A stretch of 61,270 nucleotides of DNA, the filler included, from Chiloscyllium plagiosum (lineage: Eukaryota), in assembly GCF_004010195.1 (NCBI RefSeq). It is 3 parts of one record of this genome, joined end to end, with 100 filler letters (N's around TTAATTAATTAA, not from the genome) between each part and the next. Parts side by side here need not be neighbours in the genome. Positions count along the whole stretch, not along the records: positions 41,403 to 61,270 come from NC_057715.1; 2 more parts are not named here. The stretch is one strand, 5' to 3'. The notes beneath the pieces were generated by a model. That model saw only the letters and a program-made list of their open reading frames with translations. It was not told the origin of the DNA and did not search any database. Below, piece after piece: positions 48,555 to 61,270 of this stretch; position 1 is the first letter of the stretch; every line of letters begins with the position of its first letter. A program made the translations under genes and the position numbers.

Positions 48555-51491
48555 GAGACCAGTGTAGTTGGAAAAGGAGCAAGTCAAATAGTCAGGGCAG
48601 GCAGGAACAAACAAAAAATGGAGGGCAGACCAATAAACTAAACTACATTTATTTCAATTCAAGAGGTCTAACAAATTAACTCAAGGCATAGTCGAGAACA
48701 TGGGACTCAGCTATCTTAATGATTATAGAGACTTGGCTCAGGGATGGACAGGGCTGGGTGCTTAATGTTCCAGGGTATAAATGCCATAGGAAGCACTGGG
48801 GGGGAGAAATAGGAGATGAGGAGGAATGGTATTTTTGATTAAGGATAACATTACAGTTGTACTTAGGGAGGTTATTCCTGGGAGATCATCAAGTGAAGAT
48901 ATTTGGGTGGAACTGACAAATAGGAAAGGGATGATACCTTATTGGGATTGTGCTATAGACCCCATCTCTCCCCAGTAGTCAGTGAGAAGTTGAGAAACAA
49001 GTATGTAAGGAAATCTCAGTTATCTGTCAGAAAAATAGGGTGGCAATTGTAGGGGATTTTAAGTTTCCAAATGTAAACTAGGACAGCCATAGAGTTAAGA
49101 GTTTAGATGGACAGGAACTTGTTAAGTGTGTGCGAGAAAAGTTTCTGATTCAATATGTGGATGTAACTACTGGAGAAGGTGCAAAACTTGACCTACTCTT
49201 GGGAAAAAGGCAGGGCAGGTGACTGAGGTGTCAGTGGGGGAGCACTTTGGGGTCAATGACCATAATTCTAATTGATTCAAAATAATGATAGAAAAGGATA
49301 GGCCAGATCTCAAAGTTAAAGTTCTAAATTGGAAGAATGGCAATTTTTACAGTATTAGACAAGAACTTACAAAAGTTAATTGGGTGTGGTCTGTAAAAGG
49401 ACAGCTGGCAAAATGGGAAGCATTCAAAAATGATATAACAAGAATCCAGAGACAGTATACAGTTAGGGTGAAAGGAAAGGCTGGTAGGTGTAAGGAATGC
49501 TGGATGACTAGAGAAATTGAGATTTTGGTCAAGAAAAAGAAGGAAGCATATTCAGGTATAAACAGCAGAGATCAACTAAATCCCAAGATGAGTATAAAGG
49601 CAGTAGGAGTATACTTAAGAGGGAAATCAGGAAAACAGAAAGAGGACATGTAATAGCTTTGGCAAATAGGTTTAAGGAGAATCCACAGGGTTTCTACAAA
49701 TACATTAAGAAAAATAAAGAGTAACAAGGGAGAGAATAGGGCTCCTTAAAGATCAACAAGGCTGCCTTTGTGTGTAACTGCATGAGATGGGGGAGATACT
49801 GAACAAGTATTTTGCATCAGTGTTTACTGTGGCGAAGAATATTGAAGATAGAGAACATGGGGAAATAAATAGCAGCCTCTTTAAAAATGTCCATATTTAA
49901 GTGGAGGGGGTGCTGGATGTCTTAAAATGCATAAAGGTGGATAAATCCCCAAGACCTGATCAGGTGTACCCTCGAACTCTGTGGGAAGCCATGGAAGCGA
50001 TTGTTGGGCCTCTTGCTGAGATATTTATATAATCAATAGAGATAAGTGAGGTGCATGAAGCCTGAAGGTTGGCGAATGTGATGCCACTATTTAAGAAAGG
50101 TGGTAAAGAAAAGCCAGGGAACTATAGACCGGTGAGCCTGACATCAGTGGTGGCCAAGTTGTTGGAAGGAATCATGAGGGATAGGTTTTACATATACTTG
50201 GAAAGGCAAGAACCAATTAGGGATAATCAACAAGGCTTTGTGCGTGGGAAATTGTGTTTGACTAATTTATTGAATTTGTTGAAAAAGTAACAAAGAAAGT
50301 TGAGGAAGGCAGAGTGATGGAAGTGAGATATATGAACATTACATATTAATAAATCAAAACCTGCAACCTATTCTTAGCTATTAAGACTTAACAGCAATCT
50401 ATGTTTGTTCAATACATCACATCAGTTGAATCGTACTTTGATCTTTTACTATAAATACTGTGTCCTACGATCCTGCCCCGCTAGTTACCTGATGAAGGAG
50501 CAGCACTCTGAAAGCTTGAACTTCAAAATAAACCTGTTAGACTATTAACCTGGTGTTGGGTGACTTTTAACTATATGAACTTCAGTAAGGCATTCAACAA
50601 TGTTCCTTGTGGTTGACTGGTTAGCAAGGTTAGATCACATGGAATACAGGGAATTGATCAGAGGGGCCAATGGGCTGAGGAGTTGCAGATGGAGTTTAAT
50701 TTAGATAAATGTAAGGTACGGCATTTTGGAAAGGCAAATCATGCAGGACTTCTACACTTAATGGTAAGGTCCTGGAGAGTGTCGCTGAACAAAGAGATCT
50801 TGAAGTGCATGTTCATAGTTCCTTGAAAGTGGAGTCACAGGTAGATAGGATAGTGGAGAGACATCTAGTGTGTTTGGCTTTATTGGTCATTGCATTGAGT
50901 ATATGAGTTGGGAGGTCATATTGTGGTTGTACTGTACATTGGTTGGGCCACTTTTGGAATGCTATATTCAATTCTGGATGCCTTCCATGGGAAGGACGTT
51001 GTGAAACTTGAAAGGGTTCAGAAAAGATTTGCAAAGGTGTTGTCAGGGCTGAAGAGTTTGAGTTTTTGGAGAGGCTGGATAGACTGGGGCTATTTTCCCT
51101 GGAGTGTCAGAGGCTAAGGGTTGATCTTATAGAGGTTTATAAAATAATGAGAGACATGGATAAGGTGAATAGATGAGGTCTCTTCCCCTTGGCGAAGGAG
51201 TCCAATACTAGAGGGCATTAAGGTGAGAGAGAAAATATTTAAATAGGACCTAAGGAGTAACTTTTTCATGTATAAGGTGGTGTGTGTATGGAATGAGCTG
51301 CCAGAGGAAGTGGTGGAGCTGGTACAATTGCAACATTTAAAAGACATCTGGATGGGTATATGAATAGGAAGGGTTTAGAGGGATCAGGGCCAAATGCTTG
51401 CAAATGGGACTAGCTTCTTTTGGTTATTCAGTCAGCATGGACTAGTTGGACCAAAGGCTCTATTTCCATGCTGTACATCTCTATGACTCTA
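48555..51491 (+). mobile_element. CR1 (HER1-like) LINE, ORF2 to 3' tail, decayed
   Basis: APE remnants; ANVMPLFKKGGKEKPGNYRPVSLTS; 3' tail tgctgtacatctctatgactcta. Confidence 0.93.
50338..50571 (+). mobile_element. Penelope-like pLTR (family B) in CR1, with hammerhead motif at 50486-50520
   Basis: TSD TATATGAAC at 50329-50337 and 50572-50580; CTGATGAAGGAGCAGCACTCTGAAAGCTT. Confidence 0.85.
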
Positions 51492-51662
51492 AATATTAAC
51501 ATCAAACTGCCTATCAACTATAAAGGAAAGCAGAGTGTTTTTGATATCCATTTTAACAAAGGATTGCAATCAAACCTGTTCCCAACAGGGCAAATGGAGG
51601 CAAGGAGGATCTTTGTTAAACATATCTTGGAATGATATGCAACTGAGAGAGGCAGAACATAC

Positions 51663-51795
51663 ATCTTAGAAGAAGCAAACACAAACGGCATAAGAATAGC
51701 AAGAACCAGCTGACCAGTGAAGCTGTGCACCCTTGAACACTTGCCATCTATCACCTGTACTGCAGGTGAAGATGTAACTAAATACATGAATGTGT
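51663..51795 (-). CDS. Candidate coding exon, C-terminal part of an unidentified GPI-anchored or tail-anchored protein (TFMYLVTSSPAVQVIDGKCSRVHSFTGQLVLAILMPFVFASSK)
   Basis: CATTTCATTTCAG acceptor and AT|GTATGT donor; open frame, phase 1 to phase 2; unique sequence ending in a hydrophobic stretch. Confidence 0.45.
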
Positions 51796-53769
51796 CTGAA
51801 ATGAAATGGTAAATGAAAATCCTCTGATATTGAAAGTTTGATGTTTACCGGAAGTAATGAGCTGTGAACATGTGCTCTAGGGGGTTGAGTTAGCACGAAA
51901 CACATGAAACCTTGATACGTTTCAGCATTTTTGTGGGATCAGGTCTGATTGGCAGTTTGGCATCTAAAAGTACTTATCTATTCCACCATCAGGAAATGTG
52001 GTCTGCTGTGAATTAGCCTTGCCAAATTGACTGCTCAATATGAAAACAGTTGTTCCTTGCCAGCTGGGTTTCTTGTTGAAATTATATCATGCAAAGTCTA
52101 GTCCAGTAAAAGTATATATGTAAAGCTATATGTAAACAATATATGAAAAATGAAAGACTTTATGCAAGTACAGAGGGGTAAACATTGGAATAAATACACC
52201 TGAAGGTGACAAATGAAAGTTAATATTTTGTAATGGGTGCTTCTTTTCTTTCTGAAGCATCAATTTAAAATCAGTTTACAAAGGATAGTTTTGAAGTACC
52301 TTATATTAAATCCTACAATTGAACAAAATTGAACACATATCAAATATTAATTGTACGGTGTAACCTGGCACTGGTTAATTAGACTTTTAAGTCTGGTCTA
52401 CATTTCAGTCAGATCACTGATGATCTTCCACCTTGTAACAATCTCTGACTGGAAATATAGTAAGGAAACATGGCAATTTAATTTTAAAATTATTGACTTG
52501 AAAATGCTTTCTTTATTCACAGCAAATTTTCATGGCCACATTCTATCTTTTATTAATCTATTTTTTAAACATTGGAGAGTCATCATTTGCCAATTTATTT
52601 CATGTCGCATTCTTGTTTCGCGTTACATTGCCACTTGTAGGCACAGACCATATGGCAGATGACAAGACTCTTAACATATACAGAGTTTCACATGCTAGTA
52701 CTGGTTCATGCGACCTAGGAACACATGACCTAGAAGAAGTCCTGACAGGAAGCAGTGTAGGAAGAACATTAAGGTATTGACGCAGTGTGGCTGGTAAATA
52801 CTAGCAAGATACTTCAAGAGCCTACTGCTGTGAAGTAGATAGGAAAGTTGCGGTAAGGGAAATGATGATCCAGGAGCTGCGAAAAGCCTGCAGTTTATTT
52901 TGCACAATGTTGTTTTGAGAATAAAATCAGTCTGGCAGTATTTTGAAAGAAGATTAATTGATTTCTTCATTACGCTACCATTAGGTTTAAAAAAAATATC
53001 ATGGAACCAGTAAATGCCATGAGGACAAACAACATGTAAAGGCTAAATAGAAAGCAAACTGCAGGGGGTTTGCATTTCAGTCTTTTTTAGCAATACAGAA
53101 TCCTGGAAATATGTGCAAAAAATAAGCAAGATTGTCTTTTAATGGAGCACTTTTCTGTTTGGTGATCTTCAAGCAGATCTTGGTGTTGATTCAGTCTTTG
53201 AGTATAGAACAGAAATCGCATTACTATATGTGTGATAAAATTAAAAAGGGCAGGAAGAATGAGGAAATATGGATTTGATAATCCCATTGCAGCTGTTGTA
53301 ATGATGCCAGAGCATTCCAGATCACTTTAAGGGGTTTAGAAACAAGTCTCTGAGGATGCTGTACCATCAATAATGTTGTGACTCAAATGAGAGGCAATAC
53401 ATATACATGCGCCTTACTGCTGTGATCATATGAGGCGATGTTGGACAGATTATATCTCAACAGCCAAAATATTTGGATGGAGAGTAAAAGATCCTTAAAA
53501 AAATTGTGGATGAATTAATGAAAATGATTGCTACTACATACCATGCATTTTTGTGATTTTAGCAATTTAAAGTGATATTTACTTTCCTTCATCTGAAATA
53601 TCCTTTACCTGTTAACTTGAGCATTGTGTTATTAGTTAAATATTATTGGCTTACTGAAATAAAAGTAGCAAAGAATTGAATCTTGTTGATTCTTACCCTC
53701 AAATTCACATCCAGGGAATGTCTCCAGTTTAAAATTCATGAACTTTCCATATAATTGTCCAGGTTTGAG

Positions 53770-54432
53770 ATAACATGTGACAAGTAATATTTGCACCAAA
53801 ACACTCTCAGTTACCATTGACTGGATACTAAACTGGACTAGCCATGTAAATAGAATAGATACAAGGGCAGTTGAGAGGCTAGGGATACTGCAGCGAGTAA
53901 ATCACATCCTGATTCCTCAAAGCCTGTCCATTACTTACAAGGCAGAATTCAGGAGTGTGAGAGTACTCCATACTTGTCTAGATGAGTGCAGCTTCAACAA
54001 CTCAAGCTTGACACCATCCAGGACAAAGCAACCCACTTGATTGGCACTACATCCACTCCCTCCACTGATGATGCTCAGTAGCTGTGCATACCATCTACAA
54101 GACGCACTGCAGAAATTCACTCAAAATCTCTATAAAGCACCTTCCAAACTTATGACCACTACCATCTAGGAGGACAAAAGCATACATACATGAGAATACC
54201 ACCAGCAACAAGTTCTCCTCCAAGCTGTACACCATTCTAACTTAGAATTCCATGAGTGTCATTGGTTTAAAATCCTGGAAATCCACTTATTGACAATGTT
54301 TATCTACACAGCATGGACTGCAAGAGTTTGAGAAGGTAGCTCACCACCAACTTGTCAAAGGCAACTAGGTTTGGTCAATAAATGATGCCCAGCCATCGAT
54401 GCCCACATTCCACAAGTGATTAAATAAACAAT
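53770..54432 (+). mobile_element. L2/CR1-like LINE 3' fragment
   Basis: LNWTSHVN..A..RLGILQRV.H.L.PQSLSITYKA..RSV; tail caataaatgatgcccagccatcgatgcccacattcc. Confidence 0.8.
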
Positions 54433-54559
54433 AAAGCATTTGTGACCTTTAGACGAATAGCAAAAGCCCAAAAATATCAATGCAATTATCACATACACAA
54501 CACAGAAATAATCCATTCAGCCCATCTAATCTGCAGCTCTTTCCCATTCTTTCAGGAAA

Positions 54560-55160
54560 TTTTCTTCTTCAGGTCATTGCCAAGTACATTCAGAAGATTG
54601 CGATGGAATCTGCATCTGCTGCCTATCAATGCTTGTTGAGTGAATGAGATTTTCTTTATGTCTCCTTAAAAGTTGCTCTCTGGCACTGTTCAGCCATTTG
54701 AAACAGTTTCTCTTTATTTACCCTATCAAAGCCCTTCATGTTTAAATCACTATCAAAAATCATCTAGGCCTTTTCTGCTTCATGGAGAAATCCCCAGCTT
54801 CTTATTAATGCAAGTATATTCCATGATCCATGGAGCTATTTTAATAAATCTCTTATGTACTTGCTCCAAAACGTACTGCCCAGATTTGAACACAATACAT
54901 CACCTGAGGCCAAGTTAGTGTTTTTTGCAGGTTCAACATGACTTTTTGGCTCTCGTACTATGTACTTTTCTTTAAAAGGCCCAAGAGCAAAATGTGCTTA
55001 ATCAACTGCTATGTTACAATTGGTCATGTCATTTTCAAGGATGTGAACACCAGTACATCTGGTTTCTCTGTTCTTATTACTCATTTTTTTGCTATTAAAA
55101 TGTGCCCCCACACATCTTTCAGAATTGAATTTCATCTGTTTTTTATTTGCTCATTCTACC
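54560..55160 (-). mobile_element. Highly decayed CR1 3' fragment
   Basis: Residual similarity to CR1 3' regions (ccctatcaaagcccttcatg; tactgcccagatttgaacacaatac). Confidence 0.5.
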
Positions 55161-56479
55161 AAACTGACTCTTTTCTGGAGTTCTGCAAGTTCGACAAATA
55201 GATTCAAAAAATCTTTCTTCTTGCTTTTGTTTTTCCTTCTCTCTATCGTTTGACTTGTTTTCTGTTTGATATGTAATTCAGTCTCCATTATGTGGATAGT
55301 TTTTGTCCCATATATTTCCATCAGCAACACTTCTTCAATTTAAAAAAAGAAATTTTTTTGGAGAAACTCAGCAGGTGCATCTGTGCAGAGAAAACAGACT
55401 TCACATTTTGCGTCTAATATGACTTCTTCAGAACTTGGTTAAAAGTGCTCTTGAAACTAGGTTTGCAGACAGAGACACAAAACACAGCAACTGTTTCAAC
55501 CGTACTTTTTGATTTTTGGCAGCACCATCTTATCTGACATCTTCCCAACTGTGTGCCACTCATAAGCTTCATGCCACTGCAGGATTACAGATTGTCTGTG
55601 AAGTCATTAAGCTAGTTGCAATATCACTTTGCATTTATGCAGTGTCTTTAACATTATAAGATATTGCATGATATTTTACAGTTGCAATGAGACCACACCC
55701 CTCATTTAAACTATTCCAACAACCACCAGTAAAGCAGAGAGGTCATTGACTTTCTTTTTGCATAACTGGCCATTCTTCTGTGCCTTGGAGACAACACTGA
55801 CTGGGTGGAGATGCCAGATCAGGCAAGCAAGGTTTAGTGGTACAGCCTCATCTGGTGGTTTCCCAGGATGAGGACTTCACTCCTTTACAACCATCCTGAC
55901 AATCAAGAACTTCAGGTCCCTTTTGAAAAAGCTCTGTGCCATATTCCTCTTCTCTGCATGGCAGTTTCAGGATGCATGTTCTCATTCAGGTGTACTCAGT
56001 ATTTTAAAGATGTCATGGGTCCAAGGGATTCTGTTGTTTCAGCAGATATCCACAGAATAGTTAGTTGTGGGAGTGGCATGCTGTAAAATGTTGCAGGACT
56101 TAGATGCAAAAGGTAGCATGAGTGGGTTATGCAATTACAGAGGCATTATTAAGATGGTACAAGAACGTTGTGGCAAAAGACCCTTCAGAAAGCTCAACGT
56201 AATTCAAACTTTGCAGGAAAAAAATGAGTAATTTGGCCCTGTGTCCATCAAGCTGATACTTTCATTCTGTAAGATCATTACTAATCTCAATGTCAACAAT
56301 TCATTCCTACCTAAATCTCAAATCTCTTGATTCAAAATCAATTAGAGTCCACATTAATCTTGAATATACTCAACAACTGAAAATCCATAGCTCTCTGGGC
56401 TGGAGAAATTCTAAAAAAATGCAATGGGCTGGCATCAGCATTGGAACAGGAGAGATCTGTCCCATTGGGATGATCTCCA

Positions 56480-59400
56480 TCTGAACTGACCGAGGACCTG
56501 TGTTCTCGTGAAAAGGGTAGACAGAGTGGTCAACAGGACTCAAACTAGAAAGAGTGAGGGGAAGGGAAGGGAAGGGTAAAACACCAAGAAGTATAATGAC
56601 TAAAGGGAAGCAAAATTGCAGGTTAACATGCCAAGGTGGATTCAACTGTATTGAAAAATATGAAAAGAATGAAAAAAAAGGAGAACTTAGGGGAGATTAT
56701 TAAATTCTCCAGCACACAAAACAGGACAGTATTTGAAAAGGGTTAAGAATCAAACTTTAAACACATTGGATAATTGAATAACAATAAGAAGAGGGACAGT
56801 CAATACAGGATTGAAGATGTTGTATCTGAATGTGCGCAGTATATAAAATATGGTAAATTAGCTTCTGGTGCATATTGAAATTGGCGGGTATGAAATGGTG
56901 GGCATCACAGATATGTCGCTGCAAGGGGATCAGAACTGGGAGCTAAATACCCTAGGATATTCATCCTATCGAAAAGACAATCAGGTGGGCAGAGGGGGTG
57001 AGGTTGCCTTGTTTGTAAAAAATGAAATTAAATCAATAACAAAAAATGAAGTCAGATCTGATGTTGTAGAATCTGTGTGGGTCAAGTTGAGGAACCATTG
57101 ATGGGAGTGTCTACAGGCCTTCAAACAGAAGTCATTATTTTGGGCATAAGGTACACCAAGAGATAGAAAAGGCATATAAGAAAGACAAGGTTACAGTGAT
57201 CATGGGAAATTTCAGTATGCAGGTCAATTGGGAAAGCCAGGTTGGTGGTGGATCACAAGATAAGGAGTTTGTGGAATATCTATGAGATGGCTTTTTTGGA
57301 GTAGTTTGTTGTGGAGCCCACAAGGGAACAGGCAATTCCAGTGGTTTTGGGCAATGAAACAGATTTGATAAGGGAGCTTAAGGTGAAGGAACCCTTAGGA
57401 GGAAGTGACCATAATATGAAAGATTTTACTCTGCATATTGGGAGGGAGAAGGTAGAATCAGATTAAACGGTATTATAGTTGAATAAAGACAACTACAGAG
57501 GCATGAGGGAGGAGCTGACCAGAATTGACTGCAAGAGAACCCTATCAGGAAAGACAGTGGAACAGCAATGGCAGGAATTACTGGGAGTACTTCGAGAGAC
57601 ACAGCAAAACATTATCCTGAGGGAAAAGAAGCATACTGAAAGGAGGATGAGGTAACCATGGCTGACCAGGGAAGTCAGGTACAGCATAAAAGCAAAAGAG
57701 GAGGCACATAATGTGGCAAAGGGCACTGGGAAGACTACAAAGACCGACAGAGGACAATGAAGAAAGAAATAAGGAAGAAGAATGAGTGGAAGTGGTTAGG
57801 CCACTTTTGAAATATTGTGTGCAATTCTGGTTTCCCTCCTATCAGAAGAATGTTGTGAAACTTGAAAGGGTTCAGAAAAGATTTACAAGAATGTTGCCAA
57901 GGTTGGAGGATTTGAGCTATTAGGCTGGGTCTATTTTCCTGGAGTGTCAGAGGCTGAGGGGTGACCTTATAAAGGTTTATAAAATCATGAGGGGAATGGA
58001 TAGGGTAAATAGACAAGTTTTTTTTTTCCCTGGGGTGGGGGAGTGTAGAACTAGAGGGCATAAGTTTAGTGTGAGAGGGAAAAAAAAATTAAAAGGGATC
58101 TAAGGAACAACTTTTTCACACAGAGGGTGGTGCATGTATGGAATGAGCTGCCAGAGGAACTGGTGGAGGCTGGTAAAATTACAGCATTTAAAAGGCATCA
58201 GGATGGATATATGAATAGGAAGTGTTTAGACGGATATGGCCCAAGTGCTGGCAAATGGGACTAGATTAGGTTAGGATATCGAGGGATAGGTTAGGTTAGG
58301 TTGGCATGAATGAGTTGGACCAAAGGATCTATTTCCATGCTGTACATCTCTATGACTCTATGACTGTAGATGGTAATATTAGGAAATGGAAGGAGAGACA
58401 GAAGTGACATTGGGCTGCTGGAAAATTACGCTGGAGAACTAGTAATGGGAAACAAAGAAAAGGGGAGGAACTGAATAAGTACTTTGCATCCATTTTCACG
58501 GTGGAAGACATGAGTAATATCCCAAAATTTCAAGTGAATCGGTTGGGGGGTGGGGGTGGGGTGGGACGGCAGCAGAGATGAGTTTGGTGGCCATCCCCAA
58601 GGACAAGGTGCTAGAAAAACTGAAAGGTCTGAAAATGGATACATCTGGATCAAATGGGCTCCACCCTAAAGTTCTGAAGGCGATAGCTGAAGAAATAGTG
58701 GAGGCTTTAGTAGTCATCCTTCAGGTACCATTGGAGTCAGGGAGGATCCCAGAGGACTGGAAAATTGCTAATGTGACCCCCTTGTTTAAGAAGGGAACAA
58801 GGCAACAAATGGGAAATTAGTAAGATTTTGGAGGCCATTGTGAAGGATGAGATTTCTTAATACTTGGAAGTGCAAGGTGAAATTGGGCAAAGTCAACATG
58901 GTTTCATGTAGAGGAGGTCATGCCTGACAAATCTGTTAGAATTCTTCAAGGAGGTACAGTGGGCGGCACAATGGCTCAGTGGTTAGCACTGCTGCCTCAC
59001 AACACCAGGGACCCTGGTTCGATTCTGGCCTCAGGCAACTGTCCGTGTGGTGTTTGTACATTCTCCCTGTATCTGCATGGGTTTCCTCCGGGTGCTCCAG
59101 TTTCCTCCCACAGTCCAAAGATGTGCAGGTCAGGTGAATTAGACATTCTAAATTGCCCATAATTTTAGGTGCATTAGTCAGAGGGAAATGGGTCTGGGTG
59201 GGTTACTCTTCAGAGGGTTGTTGTGGACTTGTTGGGCTAAAGTGCCTGTTTCCACACTGTAGGGAATCTAATCTAACAAACAGGTTAGACTAAGGACAGC
59301 CAATGGATGTTATGTTTCTGGACTTACAGAAGGTCTTTGTTAAGATGTCACATAGGAGGCTGCTGAGTAAGGTAAGGACTCATGGTGTTAAAGACCAGGT

Positions 59401-60016
59401 ACTAGTATTGATAGAAGATTGGCTGTCTGGCAGAAAGCAGAGAGTCGGGATAAAAGGATCATTCTCAGGATAGAAACCAAAAGGTCAGTGATGGGACCTC
59501 AACTTTTCACTTTATACATTACTGATCCAGATGAAGGAACTGAGGGCATTCTGGCTAATTTTGCATATAATACAAAGATAGGTGGAGGAGCAGGTAGTAT
59601 TGAGGAGACAGAGAGGCTGTAGAAAGACTTAGCCAGGTTAGGAGAGTGGGCAAAGAAGTGGCAGATGAAATATAACTTGTGAAAGAATGAGGTCATATGC
59701 TTTAGTAGGAAGAATAGAGGCATGGACTATTTTCTGAATGGAGAGAAAATTCATAAATCTGAAGTGCAAAGTGACTTGGGAGTCCTAGTCCAGGATTCTC
59801 TTAAGGTAAACGTACAGGTTGAGTCGGTAGTTCAGAAGGCAAATGCAATGTTGTCATTCACCTTGAGAGAACTAGAATATAAAAGCAGGGATGTATTTCT
59901 GAGGCTTTAGGCTCTGGTCAGACCACACTTAGAGTACTGTGAGCAATTTTGGGCCTCATACCTCAGGAAAGATATATTGGCCCTGGAGCAACTCCACAGG
60001 AGGTTCACAAGAATGA
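56480..60016 (+). mobile_element. CR1 LINE of a second subfamily (APE + RT), decayed, with nested HER1 3' piece (about 57794-58365) and SINE
   Basis: VGITD.SLQGDQ.WELN; HPKVLKAIAEEIVEALVVI..PEDWKIANVTPLFKKG; GPQLFTLYI; QSDLGVLVQDSLKV. Confidence 0.9.
58961..59276 (+). mobile_element. HE1 V-SINE nested in CR1
   Basis: Head, V-domain and tail as in the other copies. Confidence 0.92.
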
Positions 60017-61270
60017 TAGGTAGGAGGAGGGCTGAGGATGTTAGGCAGGCTTTCAGGGAGCTAGGTTGGAAGCTCAGAGTTAGAACACACAGAGTTGTTG
60101 TCTCTGGTTTGTTACCGGTGCCACGTGATAGAGAGTCGAGGAATAGGGAGAGTGAACAGTTAAATGCGTGGCTACAGGGATGCTGCAGGAGGGAGGGATT
60201 CCGGTATTTGGATAACTGGGGTTCTTTCTGGGGAAGGTGGGACCTCTATAAACAGGATGGTCAACACCTGAACCTGAGGGACACCGGTACCCTTGGGGGA
60301 AGGTTTGCTAGTGCTCTTGGGGGGGGTTTAAACGAACTCTGCAGGGGCATGGGAATCTAGACTGTAGCTTTAGGATGCAGGACCTGGAGTGTAGGGAGGT
60401 TAGGAACATGGCATCAATCTCAAAGGAGGGTGCCTGTAAACAGGAAAGTGGCTTGAAGTGTGTATACTTCAATGCAAGAAGTATATGAAATAAGGTAGGT
60501 GAACTTGCAGCGTGGGGTTGGTACCTGGGATTTCGATGTTGTGGCTATTACGGAGACATGGGTAGAACAGAGACAGGATTGGCTGTTGCAAGTTCCAGGA
60601 TTTAAATGTTTTCGTAGGGTCAGAGGTGGGGGTAAAAGAGGGGGAGGTGTGGCATTGCTTGTCAAAGATAGTATTACAGCGGTGGAAAGGACGATGGGTG
60701 AAGACTCTCCATCTGAGGTAGTTTGGGCTGAGGTAAGGAATAGAAAAGGTGAGGTCACCCTGTTCGGAGTTTTCTACAGGCCTCCTAATAGTCCTAGAGA
60801 TGTAGAAGAAAGGATTGTGAGAATGATTCAGGAGAAGAGTGAAAGTAATAGGGTGGTTGTTATGGGGGACTTTAACTTTCCAGATATTGACTGGGAAAAC
60901 TATAGCTCGAGTTCGTTAGATGGGTCGGTGTTTGTCCAATGTGTAGACATATTTGTAATATGTAGACAGGCCAACAAGAGGTGAGGCCATACTGGATTTG
61001 GTTCTGGGTAACGAACCAGGCCAGGTGTTAGAATTGGAGGCAGGTGAGCACTTTAGGGACAGTGACCACAATTCGGTGACTTTTACTCTAGTGATGGAGA
61101 GGGATAAGTGTGCACTGCAGAGCAAGAGTTATAGCTGGGGGCAGGGAAATTATGATGCGGTGAGGCATGACCTAGGATGCGTGGCTTGGAAAAGTAGGCT
61201 TCAAGGCAAGGGCGTAATTGATATGTGGAGCTTGTTCAAGGAGCAACTATTGAGTATCCTTGATAAGTAT
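60017..61270 (+). mobile_element. Younger CR1 LINE: ORF1 esterase C-terminus and ORF2 APE endonuclease; continues past the window
   Basis: RVVVSGLLPVPR..LNAWL..YKQDG.HLN; DVVAITETW, GVFYRPPNS, VMGDFNFPDIDW. Confidence 0.93.

Noticed and set aside
52641..52773. Plus-strand exon (GTDHMADDKTLNIYRVSHASTGSCDLGTHDLEEVLTGSSVGRTL)
   Set aside because: Weak donor (AG|GTATTG), unrecognised peptide and no partner exons on that strand
53697..53760. Upstream minus-strand exon ending in GG|GTAAGA
   Set aside because: Good donor but no credible acceptor before the adjacent LINE fragment
1..61270. CRISPR array or prokaryotic operon
   Set aside because: No regularly spaced repeats or gene-dense ORFs; the sequence is vertebrate and TE-rich

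Overview
Vertebrate genomic DNA, almost certainly from a shark or ray (HE1-type V-SINEs and HER1-like CR1 LINEs). About two thirds is nested, mostly decayed transposable elements: CR1 LINEs, HE1 SINEs, a Rex1/Babar LINE, an L2/CR1-like LINE with its partner SINE, a Gmr1-type LTR retrotransposon (integrase before RT) plus solo LTRs, pogo/Tigger-like MITEs, and several families of Penelope-like elements (PLEs). The PLE termini carry minimal hammerhead ribozyme motifs in three sequence families. Many PLE insertions are short fold-back (inverted) units with target-site duplications (TSDs), including a perfect 119-bp inverted repeat with an intact hammerhead on each strand (47525-47784). No complete host gene is visible. 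A minus-strand 133-nt exon (51663-51795) and a 16-nt self-complementary micro-exon (46942-46957) join in frame to give a GPI-signal-like C-terminus (...GQLVLAILMPFVFASSKICP*); a possible 3'UTR exon lies near 33.5 kb. Two 100-bp assembly gaps contain an artificial TTAATTAATTAA linker. Element boundaries were read by eye and are approximate unless a TSD is given.
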